Of a stretch of 32,000 bases of DNA, positions 8,091 through 16,772 are shown in pieces. Source of the DNA: Trichlorobacter lovleyi SZ (GTDB lineage Bacteria > Desulfobacterota > Desulfuromonadia > Geobacterales > Pseudopelobacteraceae); the NCBI RefSeq assembly GCF_000020385.1, contig NC_010814.1, forward strand, positions 2,580,001 to 2,612,000, written 5' to 3'. The notes under the pieces are model-generated. The model searched no databases, was not told where the DNA came from, and worked only from the letters and a program-made list of their open reading frames with translations. The stretch's first letter is position 1; each line of letters opens with the position of its first letter. A program made the translations under genes and the position numbers.

Positions 8091-8675
8091 TCAACCGGCA
8101 ATACGACCCTTAAGCCGGGCATACTGTTCAGGCGTATTCATATCCAGTAGCACGGCCTGATCTTCAGACGGCAGCTCCAGCATCTGCCAGCCACAGTACA
8201 GGCTGCGCAACCCTCCGGCACCGTCAGCGGACAGTAGTTCCTGCTGTCGTCTCATCCGTAGCAGCGGAGGATGCCCACGCTTGCCACAGAATGTTGGAAT
8301 CACCCCATCAACAGCGGGATTCTGCTGCAGTGCGGCGAGCAGGCCGGTCAATGTTGCCGGGCTGACCAAAGGGATATCCACCGGCTGCACGAAAAAGGCA
8401 TCCGTTGCAGGTCCAAGCGCTGCAACCCCGGTCTGGATTGATGAAAACATCCCGTTTTCCGGCGCCGGATTCCGTACCAGCTCAACCGGCAGACACAACT
8501 GGACCAGAGCGGCATGATTCTGCCCGCTCACCACAACAATCTGCCCTATCCCGACGGCCTGATAGCTGCTGACGATCCGTTCAAGAACAGGCTTCCCATT
8601 CAGATCAAGCAGCGCCTTGTCACTGCCCATCCGGCTGGAAAAACCGGCGGCCAGAATAATGGCAGCGCTTTTCAC
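8091..8675 (-). CDS. MobA/MocA-like molybdenum cofactor nucleotidyltransferase
   Basis: N-terminal AAIILAAGFSSRMGSDKALLDLNGKPVLERIV (NTP_transf_3-like). ATGA overlap with the xdhC-like gene. Confidence 0.8.
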   Translation of the reverse strand: MKSAAIILAAGFSSRMGSDKALLDLNGKPVLERIVSSYQAVGIGQIVVVSGQNHAALVQLCLPVELVRNPAPENGMFSSIQTGVAALGPATDAFFVQPVDIPLVSPATLTGLLAALQQNPAVDGVIPTFCGKRGHPPLLRMRRQQELLSADGAGGLRSLYCGWQMLELPSEDQAVLLDMNTPEQYARLKGRIAG

Positions 8676-9595
8676 CCTTTACTCCGCCTGAAGGCAATCA
8701 GTTCAGCCAGGATACTGACCGCAATTTCTGCCGGGGTTTCCGCGCCAATGACCAGCCCCACCGGGCAATGCACCCGTTCCAGATTGGCATCGCTGACACC
8801 GGTAGCACGCAGTTGATTAAACAGCTCTTCCCGTTTGCGTTTGCTGCCCACCATGCCGATATACCCGGCAGCGCTTGCCAGGGCCTGTTCCAGCACCACC
8901 CGGTCATGCCGGTGGCCATAGGTAACAATCAGCACGGACGTAGCCGGTGTAATCTGTTGACACACCAGACAGTCGTTAAACCCTGTAACCAGAACGGTTT
9001 TAACAGGCGCAGCAAAGCGGCCCGAGTCAAGCAGCTCAGCCCGGTCATCAAGCACGCTGACCTTGAAACCTGCAGTTATTGCCATAGGTGCCAGAGCCTG
9101 GGCAATATGCCCTGCCCCGCAGATCAGCAGCCCCGGAGCAGGCTGCAAGGGAATGCTGTAGCAATGCAGGGCATCACCAGCCGGTTGATCAACAGACCAG
9201 CAGGCCTGGCCGTTATCCCTTAAAACAACCAGCAGGTTGCAGCCCCTGCCCGCTTCCAGACCCGCTGCTGCTGCAGTAAAGACAGGGACCACATCAGGAG
9301 ACAGCCGTACCAGCAGCAGGGTAAGGCTGCCACCACAGGGCATACCATCCTGCTCCGGCAGTAACTGAAATGAACGGACAACGCCATGACCGTCCTGCTG
9401 CAGTTGACCCAGGCTGGCAACAACCTGCTGTTCCAGGCTGCCGCCCCCCACGGTGCCACAGCAGCTGCCATCCCGACGGAGCAACAGCATGGCCCCTACC
9501 CCACGGGGAGCAGAGCCTCGCCGTGCAACAATCAGGGCCAGTGCGCCTGCCCCGGTTGCTGCCACCTCGTTCAGTATCTGCAACGCCTCAGACAT
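8672..9595 (-). CDS. XdhC/CoxI-family molybdoenzyme maturation factor
   Basis: 307 aa. N-terminal XdhC-like segment (ALALIVARRGSAPRGVGAMLL..GTVGGGSLE) plus a Rossmann-like LLICGAGHIAQALAPMAITAGFKVSVLDDR. Confidence 0.8.
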   Translation of the reverse strand: MSEALQILNEVAATGAGALALIVARRGSAPRGVGAMLLLRRDGSCCGTVGGGSLEQQVVASLGQLQQDGHGVVRSFQLLPEQDGMPCGGSLTLLLVRLSPDVVPVFTAAAAGLEAGRGCNLLVVLRDNGQACWSVDQPAGDALHCYSIPLQPAPGLLICGAGHIAQALAPMAITAGFKVSVLDDRAELLDSGRFAAPVKTVLVTGFNDCLVCQQITPATSVLIVTYGHRHDRVVLEQALASAAGYIGMVGSKRKREELFNQLRATGVSDANLERVHCPVGLVIGAETPAEIAVSILAELIAFRRSKG

Positions 9596-10742
9596 TTTGC
9601 TTCCTTACCAGCAGCACCAGCCCGGCTGCCAACAGCAGCGCACCGGCAGCCGCACCAAACAGAAGCGGATACCCGCCCTGGGGTAGCAGCCAGCCACCAG
9701 CCAGCGGCCCCAGAAAAAAGCCGCACTGCAGCATCAGCAGGCCAAGGTTCTGATTAAGCCCCCGTGTTTCAGGCTGTGACAGATCAAAGATCAGGGCATT
9801 CAAAAGCGGCATCACCACGCCCCAACCGATACCGCACAGCACCGCCAGTGCCAGCAGGATGGTAACATTGGCTGCAGCCAGGATCAAACCGGTGCCTGCT
9901 GCAGACAGTACCAGAAAGACCATGTTCATGCGTCGCTTGTCAAAGCGGTCAAACAGGCTGCCCCCAAACAGGCGGACCAGCATCATCATCACCGTGGCAA
10001 CCGTAAAAAACAGGCCGCTGTTGGCCAGCCCGGCTGCCCGGCCAAACCCCTTTAGATAGAAGAAGGTGGCAGCATACCCGGCGTACAGCAGCACCGTGGC
10101 GGCAAACAGCAGCAACAGGCTCCGGTCGGCCAGGCTGTTTTTGATCCCGGCAAAGGATGTCCCGCTGGCCGGTTCCTGTTCCTGGGGAAAACGGGGCAGC
10201 AGCCAGAGCAGCGCCCCGGCCAGCAGGGCCAGCAGGGCCGACCAGCGGATCACTCCACCCAGGGCTGCCGGCGCTATCTGAAACAGATCAAACAGGAGCG
10301 GCACCACGGCGTAGGGCACCAGCCGCACCAGCGAGATCCAGCCAAAGGCGCGGCCACTCATCTCGCGGGGGATGCAGAGCACAAACAGCGGCATGATTGC
10401 CGCCACCACACAGATAAAGCCGGCCCCCTGCAGCAGTCGGGCCAGCGTAAAGGCCAACTCACTGCTACAGGCTCCCTCCATGATCAGCGCAGCTGCAAGG
10501 ATCAGGGAACCGGCCAGCAACCAGCGCCGGGCAGTACGGGCGGTAATCAGCGGGGTAATAAACGGTTGTACAATCAGGGCGGCCAGGGCATCAGCCCCCA
10601 GGATGAAACCGGCTGAGGCAGCAGGCATGCCCAAAGAGGTCAGGTATTCCTGCAGGGGAAAGAAGATGGCAACAATGGTTGAAACAGCCAGAAACTGGCT
10701 GCAGAGCAGCAGAAAGGGGCGGGTCAAGAGCGGGTTTGCCAT
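9588..10742 (-). CDS. MFS transporter
   Basis: 384 aa, almost entirely hydrophobic with roughly 12 helix-length segments. Overlaps both neighbours (8 nt and 1 nt). Confidence 0.8.
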   Translation of the reverse strand: MANPLLTRPFLLLCSQFLAVSTIVAIFFPLQEYLTSLGMPAASAGFILGADALAALIVQPFITPLITARTARRWLLAGSLILAAALIMEGACSSELAFTLARLLQGAGFICVVAAIMPLFVLCIPREMSGRAFGWISLVRLVPYAVVPLLFDLFQIAPAALGGVIRWSALLALLAGALLWLLPRFPQEQEPASGTSFAGIKNSLADRSLLLLFAATVLLYAGYAATFFYLKGFGRAAGLANSGLFFTVATVMMMLVRLFGGSLFDRFDKRRMNMVFLVLSAAGTGLILAAANVTILLALAVLCGIGWGVVMPLLNALIFDLSQPETRGLNQNLGLLMLQCGFFLGPLAGGWLLPQGGYPLLFGAAAGALLLAAGLVLLVRKQNV

Positions 10743-11572
10743 CAGGCAACCAGCCTGAACAACAGGTTGCCTGCCACAGTCCGGCGATAGTCGGCAGTGG
10801 CCCGGATATCGTCAATCGGCTGCACCGCCTGCTGCACCAGAGCTGCTGCGTCCTGCAGGGTTGCTTCCGACAACGGCTTATTGATCAGGACCGCTTCAGC
10901 CCCGGTACAACGCAGCACGGTCGGGCCAACACTGCCCCAGGCAAAGCGGGCCTCAAGCACGGTGCCGTCATCAGCCAGCCGCAGCATGGCCGCCAGTGAG
11001 GCCACGGCAATGGCCAGGGATTTACGGCGGCCCACCTTTTCAAAACACTGGATGTTCCACTGCTGTGCAGGTGGCAGGATAATCCGGCTGATGAGCTCCC
11101 CCGGTTGCAGCAGGGTCCGGCGGGGACCGCTGATGAACGCATCAATCGCCACGATCCGACTGCCTGTTGCAGAACGCAGCTCAAGCCGGGCATCCAGCAG
11201 ATACAGGGCCGGCAGGGAATCAGCAGCCGGTGAGGCGGTCACGATATTACCGCCGATACTGGCCATGTTCCTGATAGCCGGGCCGCCCACGGTTGAGGCA
11301 GCCTGGGTCAGCAGGGGGTAGCGTTCTTTCAGCAGAGGATTGCGCACGATGGAACCAAACGTGACAGCAGCGCCGATACTGACGCTGTTGTCCGGCAGTT
11401 CTTCAATCATTGATAGCTCGGCAAGCCTCTCCAAAACGATGATTGACTGATGTTCCTGCGACCCATGACGCTGCGCCACCAGCAGGTCAGTCCCGCCGGC
11501 CATGATCCTGGTATCCGGCTGCTGATTCAGCAGGTTAAACAGCTCTTCAACAGTATTTGGAAAAAGAAGCAT
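10742..11572 (-). CDS. FAD-binding (medium) subunit of a xanthine dehydrogenase/CO dehydrogenase-family molybdenum hydroxylase
   Basis: IMAGGTDLLV and ASIGGNIVTASPAADS motifs. The track start at 11590 is a GTG inside the upstream gene, so ATG 11572 (MLLFPNTVEEL) is preferred. Only two Cys residues, so no extra Fe-S insertion. Confidence 0.85.
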   Translation of the reverse strand: MLLFPNTVEELFNLLNQQPDTRIMAGGTDLLVAQRHGSQEHQSIIVLERLAELSMIEELPDNSVSIGAAVTFGSIVRNPLLKERYPLLTQAASTVGGPAIRNMASIGGNIVTASPAADSLPALYLLDARLELRSATGSRIVAIDAFISGPRRTLLQPGELISRIILPPAQQWNIQCFEKVGRRKSLAIAVASLAAMLRLADDGTVLEARFAWGSVGPTVLRCTGAEAVLINKPLSEATLQDAAALVQQAVQPIDDIRATADYRRTVAGNLLFRLVA

Positions 11573-11579
11573 TAAGCTA

Positions 11580-12071
11580 TCACCCTTCACCCTTCACCCT
11601 TGCAGCTTTCTCAACCGCATCCACAATCCTGACATAGCCGGTGCAGCGGCAGAGATTGCCGGACAACCCTTCCTTGATCTGTTCCCGGCTCAGCGGTTCA
11701 CCCTGCCGCAGCAGCGCCAGCGAGGCCATCTCCATGCCGGGAATACAGTAGCCGCACTGCACCGCCCCTTCTTCAGCAAAGGCGGCCATCAGGGTGCGCC
11801 CCTCGTCAGTCTGCTGCAGCGCCTCAACCGTTTCCACCTGCCGTCCCTCAAGCTGGGCCGCCAGCATCAGGCAGGCCAGTTTCGGCAGACCATCCACCAG
11901 GATGGTGCAGGCCCCGCATTCACCGGTGCCGCAGCCTTCCTTGCTGCCGGTCAGACCCAGATCTTCACGCAGCAGATCGATCACCCGGCGCTCGGCAACG
12001 GTCTCAAGCACCGTTGCCTGCCCGTTCAGGGTAAAACGGATGGTCCGGTTATGCTGTAACATGGCTGTCAA
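11580..12071 (-). CDS. (2Fe-2S)-binding small subunit of a molybdenum hydroxylase
   Basis: GCGTGECGACTILVDG, CGYCIPG and NLCRCTGY cluster motifs. Confidence 0.9.
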   Translation of the reverse strand: MTAMLQHNRTIRFTLNGQATVLETVAERRVIDLLREDLGLTGSKEGCGTGECGACTILVDGLPKLACLMLAAQLEGRQVETVEALQQTDEGRTLMAAFAEEGAVQCGYCIPGMEMASLALLRQGEPLSREQIKEGLSGNLCRCTGYVRIVDAVEKAARVKGEG

Positions 12072-12291
12072 TGTAGGCGATCATCTCACCGACCGTCTTG
12101 GTCGCCACGGCATCCTCTTTGCTGATCGTGAGACCAAAGGCCTCCTCGGTCAGCACCAACAGTTCCATCATTGCCAGGGAATCCAGACCGAGGTCGCTGC
12201 GCAGATCAGCAGCAGGCACAATCTTCTCCACAGCCACCTTGCCCTTGCCTGCCTTCTGGATCAATCCCTGTACCTTCTCAAATCTCGTCAT
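12049..12291 (-). CDS. acyl carrier protein (ACP-2)
   Basis: 80 aa with DLGLDSLAMMELL motif. ATGA overlap with the upstream GNAT-like gene. Confidence 0.8.
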   Translation of the reverse strand: MTRFEKVQGLIQKAGKGKVAVEKIVPAADLRSDLGLDSLAMMELLVLTEEAFGLTISKEDAVATKTVGEMIAYIDSHVTA

Positions 12292-13319
12292 TCCTGTTCT
12301 CCTTTCCTTTGTACCGCTTCACGATCCGAGCGGATGTCATGCAGCATCTTTCTGGCAACGCCAGTGTAGAGCTTGATACCGTCATAATCCGGCTCTTTGC
12401 CGAACAGCTGTTGCAGCATCACGCCGTCATTGCCAAACCAGCGGGGGTACAGCCCCCCGATAAAGAACCCCCGTTGCCGCAGCTGAGCCACAGCCTCGCT
12501 GATGCAGGGCAGCGCCGTTGAAACAATCAGCTGGAGACAGACTGTTTTCCGTTCCCGGCTTTTGACCAGAATCCGGTCCAGAAACATCCCCCAGTCTTCT
12601 CCGATTACACTGACGGAAAAACGCCAGGTTCCGGCCTCTTCAAACCAGTGGTCAGTGGCGACCGTCTCCCCATGCCGGGGCAGTGGCGAAGTACCGGGCA
12701 GCAAAATACGGGGACGCAGCCGTTCATAGATCCCGTGCAAAAAGGCACGGTACTGTTCAGGCAGGTAACAGGGGCCTTGCGGATCAGACAGTTCATACAA
12801 CTGCACCACACAGGCCACCCGTTCCGTTTCAGGGCGATGCTCGGAGAAACTGGCGCCATCAAGCAGGTCAAGCGCCAGGCCGCACTCCTGAAACCCCAGC
12901 TTGACCGCCCCCACCTGGGTAAAATAGTGATGGCAGACCGCTTCTCCAATGATGCCGTCAGACTGCAGACCGGGCAGATTTCCCGGCTGCAGGTAATGCT
13001 GCATCAGTCCCCAGCCCAGTTCATCCTTGCCGCCACCGGGCACAACCACCAGATTTCCCCCTTCCCAGAGGTTCGGGTTGGGGGCGCATTTAAAGAACGA
13101 GACATAGCCGATTGCGTTCCCTTTGCTGTCAAACGCAAGTGAGGCGGCAAGCCGTCCGGCCCTGATCTCTTCCATGACCAGGGCGGCATGGTAGACATAC
13201 GGTACCGGAAAGCCGTCGCCATAGACCGATCTGAAGACCGTGGCCACCTCTGCTGCATTGGAAGCGTCTACGGGTTGTATGGTGTAGCCTGTTTCAGGCA
13301 TGACGTCCTTTCCTGCCAT
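12288..13319 (-). CDS. two-domain GNAT-like acyltransferase, paralogue C
   Basis: 343 aa, divergent from A and B but with the same landmarks: VATVFRSVYGDGFPVPY, IIGEAVCHHYFTQV, RGFFIGGLYPRWFGNDGVMLQQLF. Flanked on both sides by ACP genes with 1-nt and 4-nt overlaps. Confidence 0.5.
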   Translation of the reverse strand: MAGKDVMPETGYTIQPVDASNAAEVATVFRSVYGDGFPVPYVYHAALVMEEIRAGRLAASLAFDSKGNAIGYVSFFKCAPNPNLWEGGNLVVVPGGGKDELGWGLMQHYLQPGNLPGLQSDGIIGEAVCHHYFTQVGAVKLGFQECGLALDLLDGASFSEHRPETERVACVVQLYELSDPQGPCYLPEQYRAFLHGIYERLRPRILLPGTSPLPRHGETVATDHWFEEAGTWRFSVSVIGEDWGMFLDRILVKSRERKTVCLQLIVSTALPCISEAVAQLRQRGFFIGGLYPRWFGNDGVMLQQLFGKEPDYDGIKLYTGVARKMLHDIRSDREAVQRKGEQE

Positions 13320-13561
13320 CAGGAGACGACGGTCCCCTCGATAAAGGCCAGTATACCGCCAATAGTGGTCACCTTTGCGGCCTCCTCAAGCCCGACCGTG
13401 ATGGCGAACGTATCCTCCACCAGCACGATCAGCTCAGACTGCGCCAGGGAATCCAGCCCCAGGTCTTCATTCAGCCGGGCCTCCGGTGTCAACACCGCCT
13501 CCGACAGCCGCCCCTTGCTGACCTTGACAACCAGTTGTTGCAGTTTTTCCATGGTGTTCAT
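13319..13561 (-). CDS. acyl carrier protein (ACP-3)
   Basis: Start set at ATG 13561 (MNTMEKLQQ), 7 nt after GGAAGGAG. Motif DLGLDSLAQSELI. Confidence 0.8.
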   Translation of the reverse strand: MNTMEKLQQLVVKVSKGRLSEAVLTPEARLNEDLGLDSLAQSELIVLVEDTFAITVGLEEAAKVTTIGGILAFIEGTVVS

Positions 13562-13587
13562 CGTCCATCTCCTTCCACCCTTGAAAT

Positions 13588-14589
13588 TCACTCCTCAACG
13601 GAGTGCCAACGCACGAGAGCCGATCCCCAACTGACGCCGCCACCGAATCCGGTCAGTACCAGCCGGTCGCCATGCCTGATCCGTCCCGCATGCAGGACGT
13701 TATGCAGAGCGATCGGGATTGAGGCGGCCGAGGTATTGCCGCACTGCTCGAGATCTATCACGATTTTATCCATCGGCAGGTCCAGACGCCCGGCTGCAGC
13801 CTCAATAATCCGGCGATTGGCCTGGTGGGGGATGAACAGATCAATATCCTCCAATGACAGTCCTGCCTTCTGTATGACCCGCATGGCCGAATTGCCCAGG
13901 ACCCGCATGGCAAACATAAAGACCTGCTGTCCATCCATCCGTACATACTGCAACTGTTCGGCCAGGGCCTCAGGGGAAGCCGGAAGCCGGCTGCCGCCTG
14001 CCGGAATGACAATCGCCCCATGTTCAGAACCGATGCTGCCCGCATCAGTGGCCAGCAGCCCGTAGCCGTCAGGCACAGCACCGAGCACCACGGCACCGGC
14101 ACCGTCACCGAACAGGATCGCGCTGTCACAGTCCGCAGGGCTGGCAACCTGTGACAGCACCTCGGCGCCGATCAGCAGCACCTTGGGGCAGAACCCGCAG
14201 GAGACGGCATGGCACGCAACCACCAGCCCGTAGACAAACCCCGAGCAGGCAGCAGACAGATCAAAACAGGCTGCCGCTGGTATACCCAGCGCCCCCTGAA
14301 CAATGGCTGCCGTGGCAGGCATCCGGTAATCAGCGGTGGAGGTGGCCATGATCACCATACCGATCTCATCCGGTGTGGTTCCTGAGGCCGTAAGTGCCTG
14401 ACGGGCCGCAGCAATGGCCAGATCAGAACAGGCCTGTCCGGGAGCAACAATCCGGCGGTTATGAATGCCGGTCCGCTCATAGATCCAATCGGTTGTGACC
14501 CCGAAGTGCTCTGCCAGTTCCTGATTGCTCAAAACATTGTCCGGCAGATAGGCGCCGGTCCCCAGAATGCCTGCCCCGATCGTTATCAT
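13588..14589 (-). CDS. 3-oxoacyl-ACP synthase III (KAS III, FabH family), copy 1
   Basis: 333 aa: GTGAYLPDNVLSNQEL, DLSAACSGFVYGL, IPHQANRRII, CGNTSAASIP, GFGGGVSWGSALVRW. Confidence 0.9.
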   Translation of the reverse strand: MITIGAGILGTGAYLPDNVLSNQELAEHFGVTTDWIYERTGIHNRRIVAPGQACSDLAIAAARQALTASGTTPDEIGMVIMATSTADYRMPATAAIVQGALGIPAAACFDLSAACSGFVYGLVVACHAVSCGFCPKVLLIGAEVLSQVASPADCDSAILFGDGAGAVVLGAVPDGYGLLATDAGSIGSEHGAIVIPAGGSRLPASPEALAEQLQYVRMDGQQVFMFAMRVLGNSAMRVIQKAGLSLEDIDLFIPHQANRRIIEAAAGRLDLPMDKIVIDLEQCGNTSAASIPIALHNVLHAGRIRHGDRLVLTGFGGGVSWGSALVRWHSVEE

Positions 14590-14852
14590 ACGCCCCTCTC
14601 GCCACCCACGTGCGGCAGCCGCTCCATAACCAGATCAACACAGTCTCCCACAGACCGCAGCCTGAAAAGATCTGCATCATCGATTGCAATTGTCAAGCGG
14701 TCTTCCAGGGCAAGCACCAGCTGCACAAACCGGATTGAGTCAATGCCAAGATCACGCTGCAGGTGTTGCTGTGCCTGAAATACCGGGCCGCTGCCGGGCA
14801 GCAGCTCATGCAGAATGGCGCTAACCTCAGCACAGGCCTGCTCCCTGTTCAT
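14586..14852 (-). CDS. divergent acyl carrier protein (ACP-4)
   Basis: Start set at ATG 14852 (MNREQACAEV), after GAGGGAGGA. Motif DLGIDSIRFVQLVLALE. ATGA overlap with fabH copy 1. Confidence 0.65.
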   Translation of the reverse strand: MNREQACAEVSAILHELLPGSGPVFQAQQHLQRDLGIDSIRFVQLVLALEDRLTIAIDDADLFRLRSVGDCVDLVMERLPHVGGERGV

Positions 14853-14883
14853 CGCTATCCTCCCTCGGCTCATAGAGCGGACA

Positions 14884-16173
14884 TCATTTCAGGCGCCAGG
14901 TCAGAACCGAATCATACTGCCCGTTGTTGCTATAGCCGGTCACCAGCACCGCCTGATCAGGCTGCAATGCCAGGCCGTTGGCCACATCGGTGCCGCCGCC
15001 GGGCCCTTCAAAGATCAGCAGCCCCTCCCCGCCAAAGAGCGGATCAAGCTGGCCGTCCGTGGTGTAGCGCAGCAGCACGGCATCCTTGTTACCTGCGCTG
15101 TTCATGCTGCTGCCGGCAACAATGATCCTGCCCCCCTGCTGCACCAGCAGGCCATAGGGATAGGCATCGCTGCCGGTCAGTCCGGTGTAGGTGACCAGAC
15201 CGTCCTGGCCGAATCCGCTGTCAAGCTGTCCCGAGGAGAGCAGCCGCATGGTGACGATCTGAAAACCGGTTGCACTGGCAGCTGCGCCGGTCACAATCAC
15301 CTTGCCATCCGGCTGCAAGGCAAGGTTATTGGCATAATCGGCATAATCGCCGGGACTGCTCCAGACAAAGCTGCCATTGCTGCCGAAACTGCTGTCCAGG
15401 CTGCCGTCCTGGTTGACCCTGATCACCAGCATATCCTCCTTGCTGTTGCTGGTAACGGCAGCACCGCTGGCAACCAGCTTGCCGTCAGGCTGGACCACCA
15501 CCGCAAACCCTTTTTCGTTGCCGCTTGCCGGGCCGTTGTAGTGAAAGGCGCCGAACTGGGCAAAGCCCGGATCAAACTGCAGGTCAAAATCCAGCCGCAA
15601 CAGCAGCAGATCCTGTTTCTGGGCCTGGGAGGACGAGCTTTCCCCGATAATCACGATCTTCTGGTCCGGGGTCAAGGCGATGCCGAAGCCGATATCGGTC
15701 CCCAGATCAGAATAGAGCAGGTCTTTCACAAAGCTGCCGTTGGCGGAAAACTTGACCACCAGCAGTTCCCGGCTGCCGTTGATGGTCGAGTAGCCGGTCA
15801 CGATGATCGAGTCATCAACCGGCAGGATGGCCAGTCCCAGGCCGCGGTCACGGTCGTAATCGCCGTAACGGACATAGCCGTTGGTGCCGAAGCTGGTATC
15901 AAGCAGGCCGTCTTTGGTGTAGCGGATCAACAACAGGTCATCGTCCAGACCGTTGACGGTCGAGCCCATCACAATCACCTTGCCGTCCGACTGCAGCGCG
16001 GTTTCCACCCCCCGGCTGGAAAAGCCGGAAGCGGGTGTAAACAGGGCATAACCGAGCGGTGGATTGAAACTGTGGTCAAGGCCAACGTACCGCACAGCGG
16101 GGTCATTGCTGCTGCAGCCGGCCAGCAACGTCGCGCCAAGCAGACACCATCCAAGAAGCATCTTCAGATTCAT
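14884..16173 (-). CDS. delta-60-repeat (beta-propeller-like) lipoprotein
   Basis: Lipobox LLAGC after a signal peptide. About seven ~55-60 aa repeats, each pairing a DG(S/Q/L)LD(S/T/P)xFGxxG element (DGLLDTSFGTNG, DGSLDSSFGSNG, SGQLDSGFGQDG, DGQLDPLFGGEG) with a QPDGK(V/L)(I/V)(V/A)(T/S)G element. Confidence 0.75.
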   Translation of the reverse strand: MNLKMLLGWCLLGATLLAGCSSNDPAVRYVGLDHSFNPPLGYALFTPASGFSSRGVETALQSDGKVIVMGSTVNGLDDDLLLIRYTKDGLLDTSFGTNGYVRYGDYDRDRGLGLAILPVDDSIIVTGYSTINGSRELLVVKFSANGSFVKDLLYSDLGTDIGFGIALTPDQKIVIIGESSSSQAQKQDLLLLRLDFDLQFDPGFAQFGAFHYNGPASGNEKGFAVVVQPDGKLVASGAAVTSNSKEDMLVIRVNQDGSLDSSFGSNGSFVWSSPGDYADYANNLALQPDGKVIVTGAAASATGFQIVTMRLLSSGQLDSGFGQDGLVTYTGLTGSDAYPYGLLVQQGGRIIVAGSSMNSAGNKDAVLLRYTTDGQLDPLFGGEGLLIFEGPGGGTDVANGLALQPDQAVLVTGYSNNGQYDSVLTWRLK

Positions 16174-16222
16174 ACAGGTAGCCCTCTGTCAGCCCGCAGG
16201 AATAAACGGTACGCCAGGTATC

Positions 16223-16579
16223 TTACGGTATGAGTGCAATGGTTACGGCAACAGCGCCGTTGCTATCCACAGTTACCGCGTAATTGGTGGTTGCTGACGG
16301 CGTGGCAACGGTGTAGCTGCCCAGCAACGGATTTGCCCCGCCGGCAGTATTCACCACATTGATCTTGTCGATGCTCTTGCTGATGAAGGTGGTGTAGGTG
16401 CGTGAATCTCCCGGATAGACGGTTACCTGGCTCTCCGAGCTGCCGGCATGAATGCCGACCCTGACGGCGCTTGCAAACTTGTTGCTGATGGCAACGGTGC
16501 CGGCCCCGGCGTCTGCCTGGAACAGCAGCACGGAAAACAGCAGTACCATCAAACCGCTGGCACGGTATCCCTTTTTCAT
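16223..16579 (-). CDS. small secreted protein, unknown function
   Basis: Strong RBS (AAGGAGGA). Signal peptide MKKGYRASGLMVLLFSVLLFQADA. Ser/Thr/Val-rich beta-type composition. Confidence 0.65.
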   Translation of the reverse strand: MKKGYRASGLMVLLFSVLLFQADAGAGTVAISNKFASAVRVGIHAGSSESQVTVYPGDSRTYTTFISKSIDKINVVNTAGGANPLLGSYTVATPSATTNYAVTVDSNGAVAVTIALIP

Positions 16580-16772
16580 CGGAACATTCCTCCTTTTCCT
16601 TGTGGCTTATCAGACCGGCTATGCTTCATACATGCTGCAACACGTTTCATGCCAAGACCAAAGCCTTTGGTTACGGCATGTTAGCAACACCATGCAACCA
16701 ACTTTTGTCCTGCATCGCCAAACCTGTTGGCGGTTTCAGCCTACCTGGCGTCAGATGCTGCTCCGGCCGGAT

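Noticed and set aside
10742-12071. Assigning the Mo-hydroxylase subunits specifically to 4-hydroxybenzoyl-CoA reductase because of the neighbouring BcrB/HgdB-family gene
   Set aside because: The medium subunit has only two cysteines and no Cys-rich insertion, whereas the 4-hydroxybenzoyl-CoA reductase FAD subunit carries an extra [4Fe-4S]-binding loop. Substrate cannot be inferred from sequence reading alone.
14815-16233. 472-aa plus-strand ORF
   Set aside because: It is entirely antisense to the delta-60-repeat lipoprotein gene. Its translation is low-complexity (A/G/Q/I-rich) with no signal, motifs or RBS, whereas the minus-strand frame has a lipobox and a clear repeat architecture.
16636-16654. 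Minus-strand TGGCAT ... TTGCA upstream of the small secreted protein gene
   Set aside because: The GG and GC dinucleotides are 15 nt apart instead of 12, so the spacing is incompatible with sigma-54 binding.
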